From NCBI RefSeq assembly GCF_900112305.1, contig NZ_FOKT01000002.1, forward strand, positions 497,228 through 529,227: a stretch of DNA of 32,000 nt, written 5' to 3'. This DNA comes from Microbulbifer thermotolerans (GTDB lineage Bacteria; Pseudomonadota; Gammaproteobacteria; Pseudomonadales; Cellvibrionaceae). The translations under genes and the position numbers were made by a program. The notes under the pieces were generated by a model, which worked only from the letters and a program-made list of their open reading frames with translations, did not search any database and was not told where the DNA came from. Position 1 is the stretch's first letter. Each line of letters starts with the position of its first letter. Of the stretch, positions 10,078 to 20,931 are shown piece by piece.

Positions 10078-11412
10078 ATGGCCGAGATCGACAGCTTTGC
10101 CGGTCTGAGCCCCGACGAACTCGACGCGCACTGGATGCCCTTCACCGGCAATCGCCAGTTCAAGGCCAACCCGCGCCTGTTTGTCCGCGCCGAAGGAATG
10201 CACTACACCACCGCCGACGGCCGCCAAGTGCTGGACGGATTTTCCGGCCTCTGGTGTTGTAACGCCGGCCACGGCCGAAAAGAGATTGCCGACGCGGTGG
10301 CCCGGCAGCTGGTTGAGCTGGATTACTCCCCCGCCTTTCAGTTCGGCCATCCACTGTCTTTCAAACTGGCCAAGCGCCTGGCCGATATGGCGCCCGACGA
10401 TCTGAACCGCATTTTCTTTTGCAACTCTGGTTCAGAGGCGGCGGACACAGCGTTGAAAATCGCACGTGCCTACTGGCGCGCCAAAGGCCGACCGGAAAAG
10501 ATTCGCCTAATCGGCCGCGCCCAGGGCTACCACGGTGTGAATTTCGGCGGCATCTCCATCGGCGGCATGCCGGGCAACCGCAAACACTTTGGCCCGGCCC
10601 TGGATGTGGACCATTTGCCCCACACTCTGCTGCCGGAGAACCGCTTTTCCCGCGGCCTGCCCGCGCATGGCGGCGAGGCCATGGCGGCGAGGCTGCTGGA
10701 CATTATCGAATTGCACGGCGCAGAAAATATCGCCGCGGTGATGATTGAACCCTTCGCCGGCTCAGCCGGAGTGATACTGCCGCCGAAAGGCTATCTGCAG
10801 CGGCTGCGCGAACTCTGCAACCAATACGAAATTCTGCTGATTTTTGACGAGGTGATTACCGGCTTTGGCCGAACCGGCGCAGCTTTTGCAGCCGAAGCGT
10901 TCGGCGTGGTGCCGGATATCATGACCACCGCCAAGGGCATTTCCAATGGCGCTGTCCCAATGGGAGCCGTTTTCGCGCGGGAAGAAATCTACAACACCTT
11001 TATGCAGGGTCCCGAGCATATCCCCGAACTGGCCCACGGCTACACCTATTCCGCCCACCCGGTGGCCTGCGCCGCGGCCATGGCCACTCTGGATATCTAC
11101 GAGCACGAAAAGCTGTTCGCGCGCGTACAATCGCTGGCGCCGCACCTGGAAGAAGCCCTGCACAGCCTCCGGGATTGCCCCCATGTGATCGACATCCGCA
11201 ACTGCGGCCTGGCCGGTGCCATCCAACTGCAACCCCGCGCCGGGGAGGCATCCAAGCGCGCGATGGAAGTGGTATTGGAATCCTACCGGCGCGGACTGCT
11301 GCTGCGTTGGACCGGCGATACCATCGCAGTGGCGCCGCCGTTTATTATCGATACCGCTCAGATTGAAACGATTGCAAAGACCCTGCGAGCCGTGCTGCAA
11401 AAAGTTGACTGA
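10078..11412 (+). CDS. omega-amino acid (beta-alanine type):pyruvate aminotransferase, class III PLP
   Basis: 444 aa; HWMPFTGNRQFKANPRLFVRAEGMHYTTADGRQVLDG, LLIFDEVITGFGRTG, MTTAKGISNGAVPMGAVF. Confidence 0.93.
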   Translation: MAEIDSFAGLSPDELDAHWMPFTGNRQFKANPRLFVRAEGMHYTTADGRQVLDGFSGLWCCNAGHGRKEIADAVARQLVELDYSPAFQFGHPLSFKLAKRLADMAPDDLNRIFFCNSGSEAADTALKIARAYWRAKGRPEKIRLIGRAQGYHGVNFGGISIGGMPGNRKHFGPALDVDHLPHTLLPENRFSRGLPAHGGEAMAARLLDIIELHGAENIAAVMIEPFAGSAGVILPPKGYLQRLRELCNQYEILLIFDEVITGFGRTGAAFAAEAFGVVPDIMTTAKGISNGAVPMGAVFAREEIYNTFMQGPEHIPELAHGYTYSAHPVACAAAMATLDIYEHEKLFARVQSLAPHLEEALHSLRDCPHVIDIRNCGLAGAIQLQPRAGEASKRAMEVVLESYRRGLLLRWTGDTIAVAPPFIIDTAQIETIAKTLRAVLQKVD

Positions 11413-11488
11413 CCCCCACCGCGCATTGGCAAAAATCACCGCAGCACTACGACCACGGAGCACCGGAGCCATCCGAAGGAGCACAAAC

Positions 11489-12985
11489 ATGAACACCATC
11501 GGCCACCTGATCAATGGCACTACCACCGCCAATGACTCTCGTCAGCAGGAAGTGATGAATCCCTCCACCAGCGCAGTGATCGCCAAAGTCGCCCTGGCCA
11601 GCCGCGCTACCGTGGAAGACGCCATCGCCGCCGCCGAGGCCGCTTATCCCGCCTGGCGGGACACTCCGCCCATCAAGCGCGCACGCATCCTATTTCGCTT
11701 CAAGGAATTGCTGGAAACCAATGCCGACAAGATTTGCGAACTGATCACCCGCGAGCACGGCAAGGTACTGGGCGACGCCATGGGCGAATTGCAGCGCGGC
11801 ATCGAAAATGTCGAGTACGCCTGCGGCATCCCAGAACTGCTAAAGGGCGAACACAGCAGGAACGTCGGACCCGGCATCGATGCCTGGAGCGAATTCCAGC
11901 CCCTGGGCGTCTGCGCCGGTATCACCCCGTTCAACTTTCCCGCCATGGTGCCCCTGTGGATGTGGCCCATGGCCATCGCCTGCGGCAACACCTTCGTACT
12001 CAAGCCCTCCGAGCGGGCTCCCAGTTCCGCGCTGTTTATTGCCCAGCTGGGCCTTGAAGCGGGCATCCCCGCCGGCGTGCTGAACCTGGTCAACGGCGAC
12101 AAAGAAGCGGTGGATACGCTGCTGACGGACCAGCGGATACAGGCGGTCAGCTTCGTGGGCTCCACGCCGGTTGCCGAGTACGTCTACCGCACAGGTACCG
12201 CCAGCGGCAAGCGGGTCCAGGCGTTCGGCGGTGCCAAGAACCATGCGGTGATCATGCCCGACGCCGACTTGGACAACGCGGCCAATGCACTGATGGGCGC
12301 CGCTTACGGCTCTTGCGGCGAGCGCTGCATGGCCATCTCCGTCGCAGTGGCCGTCGGCGACGCCGTCGCCGATGCATTGATTGGGAAACTGAAAGCCCAC
12401 ATCACCAAACTGAAAGTCGGCGACGGCATGGACAACAACAACGATATGGGACCGCTGATCAGCCGCGCCCATCTGGAAAAAATCCGCAGCTACATCGCCA
12501 AGGGCATTGAGGAAGGCGCGGAATTGGTTGTGGATGGGCGTGATCTGAAGGTTACCGGTTTCGAGGATGGCAATTTTCTAGGCGCCTGCCTGTTCGACAA
12601 AGTCAAAGAAGGCATGACGATTCACCGCGACGAAATCTTCGGCCCGGTGCTCTGCGTGATGCGGGTTCGCACCCTGCAAGAGGCGATGGAGATTATCAAC
12701 GCCCACGAATACGGTAACGGTACCTGCATCTTCACCCGCGACGGAGAGGCCGCGCGTTACTTCTCCGACAATATAAAAGTGGGCATGGTGGGTATCAATG
12801 TACCGCTGCCGGTACCCGTGGCCTACCACAGTTTCGGTGGATGGAAACGCTCACTATTCGGCGATCTGCACGCCTATGGCCCTGACTCCGTGCGTTTCTA
12901 CACCAAGCGCAAAGCGGTGACCCAGCGCTGGCCGGCCAGCGGCCTGCGCGAGGGAGCCCAATTCAACTTTCCCAGTAACGACTAA
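11489..12985 (+). CDS. mmsA: CoA-acylating methylmalonate-semialdehyde dehydrogenase
   Basis: 498 aa from MNTIGHLINGTTT...; SFVGSTPVAEYVY, GSCGERCMAISVAVAVG catalytic Cys motif, C-terminal SVRFYTKRKAVTQRWP. Confidence 0.95.
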   Translation: MNTIGHLINGTTTANDSRQQEVMNPSTSAVIAKVALASRATVEDAIAAAEAAYPAWRDTPPIKRARILFRFKELLETNADKICELITREHGKVLGDAMGELQRGIENVEYACGIPELLKGEHSRNVGPGIDAWSEFQPLGVCAGITPFNFPAMVPLWMWPMAIACGNTFVLKPSERAPSSALFIAQLGLEAGIPAGVLNLVNGDKEAVDTLLTDQRIQAVSFVGSTPVAEYVYRTGTASGKRVQAFGGAKNHAVIMPDADLDNAANALMGAAYGSCGERCMAISVAVAVGDAVADALIGKLKAHITKLKVGDGMDNNNDMGPLISRAHLEKIRSYIAKGIEEGAELVVDGRDLKVTGFEDGNFLGACLFDKVKEGMTIHRDEIFGPVLCVMRVRTLQEAMEIINAHEYGNGTCIFTRDGEAARYFSDNIKVGMVGINVPLPVPVAYHSFGGWKRSLFGDLHAYGPDSVRFYTKRKAVTQRWPASGLREGAQFNFPSND

Positions 12986-12997
12986 AGACTCTACCGG

Positions 12998-13205
12998 CAG
13001 TCTGATACGTTTGCTTAGTCGCAGTAAAGATACTGCGAGACCAAATAAGAAACGCAAGTGATGGAAAGGAAATTTCAATACTGCGGATACAGGGATGTAT
13101 CCGGCGGAGCTACAGGGAAGTACTTGTGGTTTTCAAAATACCCGTCCTATTGCCTGAGCGCCCCGAAACCTACCATTGTGTTCACGCGAATTAATCAGAG
13201 GTTCC

Positions 13206-13208
<3 letters not shown>
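12998..13208 (+). repeat. MITE-like element copy 2 (left part diverged, right terminus intact)
   Basis: CGGATACA-GGGA-TGTATCCGG...GGAGCTACAGGGAAGTACTTGTG...GCGAATTAATCAGAGGTTCCCTAG matches copies 1 and 3; left 80 bp aligns only loosely. Confidence 0.75.
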
Positions 13209-14975
<1,767 letters not shown>

Positions 14976-15025
14976 TTAACCGATTTGCCAACGCGAGTGA
15001 TAGAGTCCGGAAAACAGCGGATGCA

Positions 15026-15246
15026 TTAGGGAATCTCTGGTTAATTCATGTCCTGGTGGTAGAGGCTCTTCAGGGGCGGATGTGAAGCTCAAGTGATAAG
15101 ACGGCTATTTCTAAACCGTCGGATACAGGGATGTATCCGTCGGAGCTACAGGGAAGTACTCGAGCGTTTTCGAAATATCCGCCCTATCGCCTGAGCGCCC
15201 CGGGACCTACCATAGTGTTCACGCGAATTAATCAGAGGTTCCTTAG
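15026..15246 (+). repeat. MITE-like element copy 3 (full length, 221 bp incl. TTAG flanks)
   Basis: TTAGGGAATCTCTGGTTAATTCATG ... GCGAATTAATCAGAGGTTCCTTAG; same internal hairpin and same overall length as copy 1. Confidence 0.85.
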
Positions 15247-15260
15247 CAATCAGGAATACA

Positions 15261-15285
15261 AAAAAAGGCGCCGAAGCGCCTTTTT
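15261..15285 (-). terminator. rho-independent terminator of ompW-like gene 1 (potentially bidirectional)
   Basis: aaaaaaGGCGC-CGAA-GCGCCttttt; A/T tracts on both sides, just downstream of the stop at 15310 on the minus strand. Confidence 0.85.
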
Positions 15286-15309
15286 CATCTGCACTGTAAT
15301 GCAAACGAT

Positions 15310-16131
15310 TCAGAATCGATATCCGATACCCAAGTTGTATACCCAGGAATCCAGTTCAATGTCTGTTCTCGCCGCATTAATAACGGTAGTGGGAGAAAAA
15401 TAAAAATTGGGAGCCTGATAGTGCAAATCGGTTTGCACATCTGAATCCAGGTACTGGACAGCCGCATTGACCAGCCAGTTACTCTCGCGGCCCAGCATAA
15501 TATCGATCCCTATTTGACCAGCCCAGCCCCAATCATCTTCCAGATACAGTTTTGCCGGCCCTATGGCTCCGGCCACTTCTGCCAGATAGTCATTGGCCGC
15601 AGTTCGAAAGCGCACACTATCGTAATCGGTATAGTGCGCTCCGATGCCCACGTAGGGCTGCACCCAGGACTCCTTGCAAACAGGGAACCAGTTGAACATC
15701 AGTGTTGCCGAGCGGCGGTCGATACTGCCGGCGCGAATTTTGCTGACGCCAAAATCCTGCACAAAAGTGGCATCCAGCCCCGTTAAATCCAGATCGTGCT
15801 CCGCTTTTCCGATATAGCCCAGTTCTACGGACATATGGTCAATCGGCATAAACCCCACAGAGAAATTCCAGGTTGTCTCTCCATCCAGGTCGTATCTGAG
15901 CCCATCAAAAAACGGTTGCAGATCCCGGTCGTAGCGCCACTTACCTGAGTCATCGTCGAGATCGACATAGGAGGCGCCAATGCGAAGCATCACAGTACCC
16001 GCCTCATACACCGCCGGAGGAGCTGAAGGTATTGGTGCTGCATAGCCGGACGGGCCGGCCAGTACCGGTTCAGCACTGACCGCCGCGGCTACAGCAATCG
16101 CCATAGGTGTCAGAATGCGCGTCAATTTCAT
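15310..16131 (-). CDS. OmpW family outer membrane protein (paralogue 1)
   Basis: 273 aa; signal peptide, AGTVMLRIGASYVDLDDD..., PYVGIGAHYTDYDSVRF, C-terminal VYNLGIGYRF. Confidence 0.88.
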   Translation of the reverse strand: MKLTRILTPMAIAVAAAVSAEPVLAGPSGYAAPIPSAPPAVYEAGTVMLRIGASYVDLDDDSGKWRYDRDLQPFFDGLRYDLDGETTWNFSVGFMPIDHMSVELGYIGKAEHDLDLTGLDATFVQDFGVSKIRAGSIDRRSATLMFNWFPVCKESWVQPYVGIGAHYTDYDSVRFRTAANDYLAEVAGAIGPAKLYLEDDWGWAGQIGIDIMLGRESNWLVNAAVQYLDSDVQTDLHYQAPNFYFSPTTVINAARTDIELDSWVYNLGIGYRF

Positions 16132-16470
16132 CTGAAGTACTCCATTGATATTCGGCTAATTCAACAACAATCAACCCAATCACTTTTCAGTCTAGACACG
16201 AAAAAACACCTCTGTAGAAATTCCTCCCCCAGCCATTCACCGACAGCCCATATAGTGTGGTATTGGCGCATTTTTATTCGCATCTTTTGGCGCGAATTTC
16301 TCCATTGCATGCTGTGCCAACCTTTTCACTGGCCCTCCGCTTTGCTATGCAACCCCCTTCTTTTTCATTTGAGCGTCATTGTTGGCTCCGGTGCGAACAA
16401 TCACTTTCCTCTCATTAGCACTATTCTCCCGACCGCTGCATTTCAGTGAATAACCCTACATAGCCGCTAT

Positions 16471-16495
16471 AAAAAAGGGCGCCGAAGCGCCCTTT
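16471..16495 (-). terminator. rho-independent terminator of ompW-like gene 2
   Basis: aaaaaaGGGCGC-CGAA-GCGCCCttt on either strand, same hairpin core as 15261-15285, directly downstream of stop at 16519. Confidence 0.8.
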
Positions 16496-16518
16496 AACAC
16501 AACCTTTCATCATCAGAT

Positions 16519-17316
16519 TCAAAAATCAAATTTGTATCCGATGGACAAGTTGAACACCCACGGATTGTAAAGGTAATCACCGGAATAAGATTCCAGGAAG
16601 AAATCGGTATTGGTTGAGGCGTTATTGCGGACGGTGAATCCCAAATCGGTCTCCGAATCCACGTAGATTGCAGCCATATTCACCAGCCACGCACTATCGT
16701 GGCCAAAGTTAATATCGGCACCAATCTGCCAAGTGTATCCCCAGGAATTTCCCAGAGACATGCGAGAAGTGAGGCCAAGGTCATTGAGGTCCGCACGTGC
16801 AACCCCTCTGAAGCTCTCACCGCCAAAGTCCGTGTAATTAATACCAACACCGACATAGGGCTGGAACATGCAGGATGGATCCAGCGGATACCAGTTGACA
16901 TAAGCCATGCTCATATCGGCTTCAAATTTAGCGAGGTTCCGCAGTGCCACATCGTCGAATCCGGCTACTGTTACGAATCCTTTGCTGTTGCCGCCAACAT
17001 GATCATCGCCGTCAACATACATCAACTCGAATCCGAAATGATCGTGAGGCTTCCAGACACCGCTGATATTCCAGCCCCACTCATCATCCGGGTCTATAGT
17101 TGCCCGAAAAGCGTCGAAGTACTGTAGCGAATCATCGACAAAACTTACTTGCTCCGAATTCGGATGAATATAAGAGGCACCGATCCGGATAATAAACTCC
17201 TGAGTTTTAGGCGGAGGCGGTGCGGGTATATAACCCGAAGGACCGGCTAACGCATTAGTAGAAACCGCCAGTGCCAGAGGTGCCAGAACCGGGGTCAGAA
17301 TACGCATCATCTTCAT
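16519..17316 (-). CDS. OmpW family outer membrane protein (paralogue 2)
   Basis: MKMMRILTPVLAPLALAVSTNALAGPSGYIPAPPPP..., EFIIRIGASYIHPN, PYVGVGINYTDFGG, C-terminal VFNLSIGYKFDF. Confidence 0.88.
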   Translation of the reverse strand: MKMMRILTPVLAPLALAVSTNALAGPSGYIPAPPPPKTQEFIIRIGASYIHPNSEQVSFVDDSLQYFDAFRATIDPDDEWGWNISGVWKPHDHFGFELMYVDGDDHVGGNSKGFVTVAGFDDVALRNLAKFEADMSMAYVNWYPLDPSCMFQPYVGVGINYTDFGGESFRGVARADLNDLGLTSRMSLGNSWGYTWQIGADINFGHDSAWLVNMAAIYVDSETDLGFTVRNNASTNTDFFLESYSGDYLYNPWVFNLSIGYKFDF

Positions 17317-17523
17317 TGAGGTAACTCCATTGATTTTCAGCGGATTAAACAGCAATCAGCCCAATCAATGGTCAGTTTAGTCGCGGGGTAATACAGCTGT
17401 AGAAAAAACAACCAATTATTGGCGTCAAAAAAAAAGTCACGGAGATTTTGGCGCAAGAAAAGTTCTTTTGGCACGCATAGTCACTTGCCATACTCCCTGC
17501 CCTAAGGCTGTGAAACCAGCGAC

Positions 17524-17555
17524 AGCGTTCGCACGAACTATGCAGAGGGCCCTAA
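17524..17555 (+). repeat. degraded right-end fragment of the MITE-like element
   Basis: agcgttcgcacgaactatgcagagggccctaa resembles agcgttcgcgcgaattaatcagaggttcctta of copy 1. Confidence 0.5.
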
Positions 17556-17630
17556 TTCCATCGGAAAAGAAGCGAACGCCATACGTGGAAAAATATGCCG
17601 ACGTGAAAGGAACAGCCCGATAACAAAAAT

Positions 17631-17812
17631 GCCTTTGATTAATTCACACGGGAGCTGTAATGGCTCTGGGACACTCAGTCAATGGGATGGGCATTTTGAA
17701 AACGCCCAGGTGCACCCCTATGCCCAACAGTTTCGAAATATCCATCCCCATCAGCTGAGCTTCTCATCGGATCTCAATGTATCTTGACCGTCATGAAACG
17801 ATTTATTCAGGA
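17631..17812 (-). repeat. MITE-like element copy 4, inverted orientation, diverged with internal deletion
   Basis: Reverse complement reads cctgaataaatcgtttcatgacggtc...gatgagaagctcagctgatggggatggatatttcgaaactg...gcgttttcaaaatgcccatcccattgactgag...gtgtgaattaatcaaaggc, aligning along copy 1. Confidence 0.75.
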
Positions 17813-17825
17813 TGACTTAGCAAAT

Positions 17826-18131
17826 TCAATGTTTGCCGCCACCGAGGCACTCCGGACTCTGCGGCGCCTCACCCGGCCACTCTTCCGGACTGTATGTATG
17901 TAGCGCCAGGGCGTGAACCGGCCCTGCCATTTCCTCGGCCAGTATTGCGTAAATCCGCTGGTGGCGTCGCACTTTACTCATCGAAGTGAAAGCGTCACTG
18001 ACCAAAACGACGCGAAAGTGCATCTCCGCGCCAGGCGGCACATTGTGCATATGACTTTCGCATTGTACATCGATATATTCAGGCGCCAGCGCCTCGGTAA
18101 GCTTCTCTTTAATCTGGTTTGCCAAGCTCAT
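17826..18131 (-). CDS. BolA family protein
   Basis: MSLANQIKEKLTEALAPEYIDVQCESHMHNVPPGAEMHFRVVLVSDAFTSMSKVRRHQRIYAILAEEMAGPVHALALHTYSPEEW. Confidence 0.93.
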   Translation of the reverse strand: MSLANQIKEKLTEALAPEYIDVQCESHMHNVPPGAEMHFRVVLVSDAFTSMSKVRRHQRIYAILAEEMAGPVHALALHTYSPEEWPGEAPQSPECLGGGKH

Positions 18132-18194
18132 GCCACTACCTCTCAAAATATCGCTGATCCATTCCTGTGAAGTGTCGTAGGTAGTTACGGGTGC

Positions 18195-18980
18195 TCAGGC
18201 CGAAGCCCCCGCCTTGCGTTTGCGCGCCTCCACAATGGTTTCGTAAGCCAGAGTGATACTTTTCATCTGGTCTTCTGCATGCCGCATAAACTCTTCCGGT
18301 AACCCCTTGGCGGCGAGCTTATCCGGGTGGAATTCCGCAGCCTTGCGCCGATAGGCGAGTTTCAGCTCTCGGTCGCTGACATCGGGAGTGCAGCCCAATA
18401 CATCGTAATGCTGCTTCAGGCTCTGCGCGGAAACCGATGCGCGATGGCCGAACTCCCCCTGCATGGCGGAAAAAATGGAGCTATGTAACCCCAGATCTTC
18501 GGGAATACGGCGCAGTATCTCCTCTTCCGCCGCGTGCAGCTCACCATCCGCACAGGCCACTGCGAACAGCAGGCGGTAGACCATTTCGCGCATGGCCTCG
18601 TTGCGCACCAGCTGACGGTACTGACGGGCGTAGTCGTAGATGCTGTAAGCGTCGGTTTTCGCGTTTTGGAAAATCTTGATGGCCTGCGCCCGATCCTCGG
18701 CGCTGAGGCGCAGATTATTCTGCATGAAGTCTTCAATCAGGTTGACTTCCGCCTTCGAAACCAGACCGTCCGCCTTGGCCATCTTCGCCAACATGGAAAA
18801 AACGGTGACGATAAATACCGTCTGTGCTCCTTCACGGTTCAGACCTGCCACCGCGGCACCAGCCGCCCGTTGCAGTCCGGAGCCAAAAGAGCTGCCTATC
18901 CAGGCGCCCAGTGCCGCACCGATAGGGCCTCCAAACATCAGGCCGATACCGGCTCCGATTCCCGCGCCCAACCAGGACAT
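18195..18980 (-). CDS. TerB-domain/J-domain protein (DjlA-like co-chaperone)
   Basis: MSWLGAGIGAGIGLMFGGPIGAALGAWIG membrane-like N-term, TerB-like acidic helical region, C-terminal J-domain variant DVLGCTPDVSDRELKLAYRRKAAEFHPDKL. Confidence 0.88.
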   Translation of the reverse strand: MSWLGAGIGAGIGLMFGGPIGAALGAWIGSSFGSGLQRAAGAAVAGLNREGAQTVFIVTVFSMLAKMAKADGLVSKAEVNLIEDFMQNNLRLSAEDRAQAIKIFQNAKTDAYSIYDYARQYRQLVRNEAMREMVYRLLFAVACADGELHAAEEEILRRIPEDLGLHSSIFSAMQGEFGHRASVSAQSLKQHYDVLGCTPDVSDRELKLAYRRKAAEFHPDKLAAKGLPEEFMRHAEDQMKSITLAYETIVEARKRKAGASA

Positions 18981-19128
18981 AATCGTTCCTCCAGGCGCCT
19001 CACCGCGCCCCTCATACAAAAAGGCGCCTATGATACCACGCGCCTCCAGCGCCCTGGTGCCCTGCCGGGAAAGTCATTCCCCCATACCCAAATTCATGGC
19101 ACTCCGGGGTTCCTTTATCGGCGACTGC

Positions 19129-20931
19129 TTACTGACTCTGTAACCAATTGCGCCAACCGCCATAGTGGGTGATTTCTTCGGCACCCTTGAGGCCAGACGC
19201 CTCGCAGATAAACCCGCTCACCCAACGGCCATCGGCCAATTCCACCTTGCCGATACCCAGGGGGGCCGGGATGGCGGCGACGAAGCTGCCCAGTTCTGCG
19301 GTGGGAATAGACCAGACTTCCACTTCGATACCTCTGCCGCCGCTTTCATCGCGCATAAGTCCCGGTCGCAACGGCGGACCTCCGGCGAGGGCGAACAGCC
19401 GGTAACAAGCCGCGGTTTGGGCGCGGGCCTTCAGAACAGCCCCGCGCTCAGTCAGCTGCCAGTTCAGAGGCAATTCTTGCAAGTGGGCACCGCAAACTAA
19501 CAGATCTGTGCGTTCGCTTCCGCCGCAGTCTGGCGCCGTTGTGGGCGCAGCTTCTGTGCCCAGAGCACCTTGAGGAAGCGGCAATATCTGGCGTATCCGA
19601 TTACCGATGGATAGCAGTCTGCGATCGCTGAAGTGATCCCCCACCAGGGTCACGCCAAACGGCAAACCTCGCGTTGTAAAGGCCGTGGGAATGGCAACCG
19701 CCGCCATATCCAACAAATTCATGAAGTTGGTGTAATAACCCAACTGGGAATTGAAGCGCACCGGCTCGGCCAGCATTTCGTCTACGCGGAAGAGACGTCC
19801 CGCCGTCGGGGTGAGCAGACAGTCCAGCCCTTCCATCTGCTCGAAACAGGCCAGGCGCAGCTCCTGCAAGCGGTATTGGGCTCGGAACAGGTCTGTGGCA
19901 GGTGGCGTCTTGCCCGGCTCAATGATGGCGCGCACCACTGGATGGATCGCTTCGGGATCACTGTTTAACAGGGACTCGCAGGCGATATAGCGTTCGGCCA
20001 CCCAGGGGCCTTCATAGAGCAGCCGCGCCGCCTCATCGAAGGGGGTGAAGTCAACGGTTACCAGTTCGATGCCCGCGCCAGTCAGTGCCGCCAGGGTATC
20101 CGCATAGGCCCGCGCATAGTGGTCAGACCCAAAGAATTTCAGCTGTTCCTGAGGCAAAACGCCGATTCGCAACGGACCGCTTCGCAGGCCGTACTGGCGG
20201 GCGGCGTTATCGAACCCGTTGCGACGACTATAACCGTCGCGGGCATCAAAACCTTCAGCGCAGGCCAAAACCGTATTGGCGTCATCAGTGTCCAAAGTGA
20301 AAATGCTGATGCAATCCAGCGACCGGCAAGCGGGCACCAGCCCCGTGGACGACAAGAGTCCCCGTGTGGGCTTGAGGCCAACCAGATTGTTGAAGCAGGC
20401 GGGGACCCGGCCAGAGCCCGCAGTGTCCGTGCCCAAGCTGAAGCTGGCCAGCCCCAGCGCCACCGCTACAGCAGAGCCGGAGCTGGAACCTCCGGAGATG
20501 TAATCCGAATCAAAGGCGTTGCGGCATGGTCCATAAGGTGACCGGGTGCCGTTCAGCCCGGTGGCAAACTGGTCCAGGTTAGTCTTGCCGACGGGAATGG
20601 CGCCGGCATCGATCAGCTGCTGCACTACCTGTGCCGAGCTTTCCGGTGTGTAGGCAAAAGTTGGGCAGGCCGCGGTGGTGGGTATCCCGGCCAGATCAAT
20701 GTTGTCCTTGATGGCAAAGGGAATACCCCACAGGGGGTGGCTGGCCGGGTCCTTCTGTGCCAGGGCCTCCAGCCAGGGTTGCTGCTCCTCGGCCGTCAGC
20801 AGGTGAATCCAGATATTGTGCGCCTCATATTCAGCTGTACGGCGGCGGATATCCGCCATCAGCTGCGCCGGTGTCAGGCGGCCTTCGGCAAAGGCACGCT
20901 GAAGCGCAGAAATACTCATGTCAATGCTCAT
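19129..20931 (-). CDS. atzF: allophanate hydrolase
   Basis: 600 aa amidase-signature protein (GIPFAIKDNIDLAG, SGGSSSGSAVAVALG) with C-terminal AtzF-type domain; overlaps the upstream carboxylase stop/start. Confidence 0.94.
   Translation of the reverse strand: MSIDMSISALQRAFAEGRLTPAQLMADIRRRTAEYEAHNIWIHLLTAEEQQPWLEALAQKDPASHPLWGIPFAIKDNIDLAGIPTTAACPTFAYTPESSAQVVQQLIDAGAIPVGKTNLDQFATGLNGTRSPYGPCRNAFDSDYISGGSSSGSAVAVALGLASFSLGTDTAGSGRVPACFNNLVGLKPTRGLLSSTGLVPACRSLDCISIFTLDTDDANTVLACAEGFDARDGYSRRNGFDNAARQYGLRSGPLRIGVLPQEQLKFFGSDHYARAYADTLAALTGAGIELVTVDFTPFDEAARLLYEGPWVAERYIACESLLNSDPEAIHPVVRAIIEPGKTPPATDLFRAQYRLQELRLACFEQMEGLDCLLTPTAGRLFRVDEMLAEPVRFNSQLGYYTNFMNLLDMAAVAIPTAFTTRGLPFGVTLVGDHFSDRRLLSIGNRIRQILPLPQGALGTEAAPTTAPDCGGSERTDLLVCGAHLQELPLNWQLTERGAVLKARAQTAACYRLFALAGGPPLRPGLMRDESGGRGIEVEVWSIPTAELGSFVAAIPAPLGIGKVELADGRWVSGFICEASGLKGAEEITHYGGWRNWLQSQ

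Noticed and set aside
17465-17490. TTGGCACGCATAGTCACTTGCCA as a sigma-54 promoter
   Set aside because: GG is not followed by GC after 10 nt, and it faces away from the adjacent minus-strand ompW gene.
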